DNA from: Octopus sinensis | Lineage: Eukaryota | Length of the DNA: 46,289 nucleotides | Assembly: GCF_006345805.1 (NCBI RefSeq) | Contig: NW_021834610.1 | Coordinates: forward strand, 1 to 46,289 | Reading direction: 5' to 3' | In this document: in pieces, positions 45,810-46,289 of the stretch | Layout: each line of letters opens with the position of its first letter | Position numbering within the stretch: the stretch's first letter is position 1 | Program-made: the position numbers and the translations under genes | The notes under the pieces: model-generated | The model's input: the letters and a program-made list of their open reading frames with translations, nothing else | Told to the model about the DNA's origin: nothing | Databases searched by the model: none

Positions 45810-46289
45810 AGTAGTGTTTCTACTTCGCGGATTTTCAACTATCGGGGTGGTGGTGGTGGTGGTGGAACGTAACACCCGCGATAGTCGAGGGATTACTGTA
45901 TATATGTAAATTATGTCTGCACATGACACAGTAATTTAGGCAATATCTTTCATGAAATCTTTGGGTTGACCAAAACCGTGTGGGTGACATTTGGTCGTTG
46001 TTGAATGGCTTTTATTCGATGGAATTGATAAATAGATACAGTTTTTATTGATAATTTATATAAATAAGTACTTTGGAAGCCTTTTTTTTCTTTTTCAATT
46101 GCGAATACATATTAAATCGTTTGTTTGTTGAATGAAGACGTCAAACTGCAGCTATCGTCTGGTAAGCTTTAAATGTCACAGGCCATTGAGGTTGGGGTAG
46201 GGGAAGCCAGAGGTCACACACAGTTCACATGTATGTTTGTGTGCGAATGTGTGTGTGTGCGTTTATGTGTGTGTGTGCGTGTGTGGTGA

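Overview
AT-rich, extremely repeat-dense eukaryotic (animal) DNA. I can support no host protein-coding gene: the listed ORFs are microsatellite translations, SINE read-throughs or transposon fragments. The repeat families look like those of octopus/coleoid cephalopods (inference from recognition, not a search). Family labels A-H are my own. Contents: tRNA-headed SINE families A, B, C, D and H; an (ATG)n-tailed family E with internal hairpin arrays; decayed mariner DD34D, maT DD37D and other Tc1/mariner fragments; piggyBac-type (G), hAT, Tigger-type and Tc2/pogo-type MITEs; and 3' fragments of RTE (three lineages), R4/Dong-like, CR1/L2-like and Tx1-like LINEs. There are many microsatellites and several local tandem or inverted duplications. 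The most interesting signal is a set of small (TA)n-associated, Penelope-like elements carrying type I hammerhead ribozyme motifs. One has a canonical core (424-518); others have non-canonical cores (family F, CUGUCGA plus an extra A; a CUGAAGU motif inside a foldback). Also notable: two SINE-A insertions with ~120-bp target-site duplications, and a chain of Dong-like LINE ends each abutting (TAA)n.
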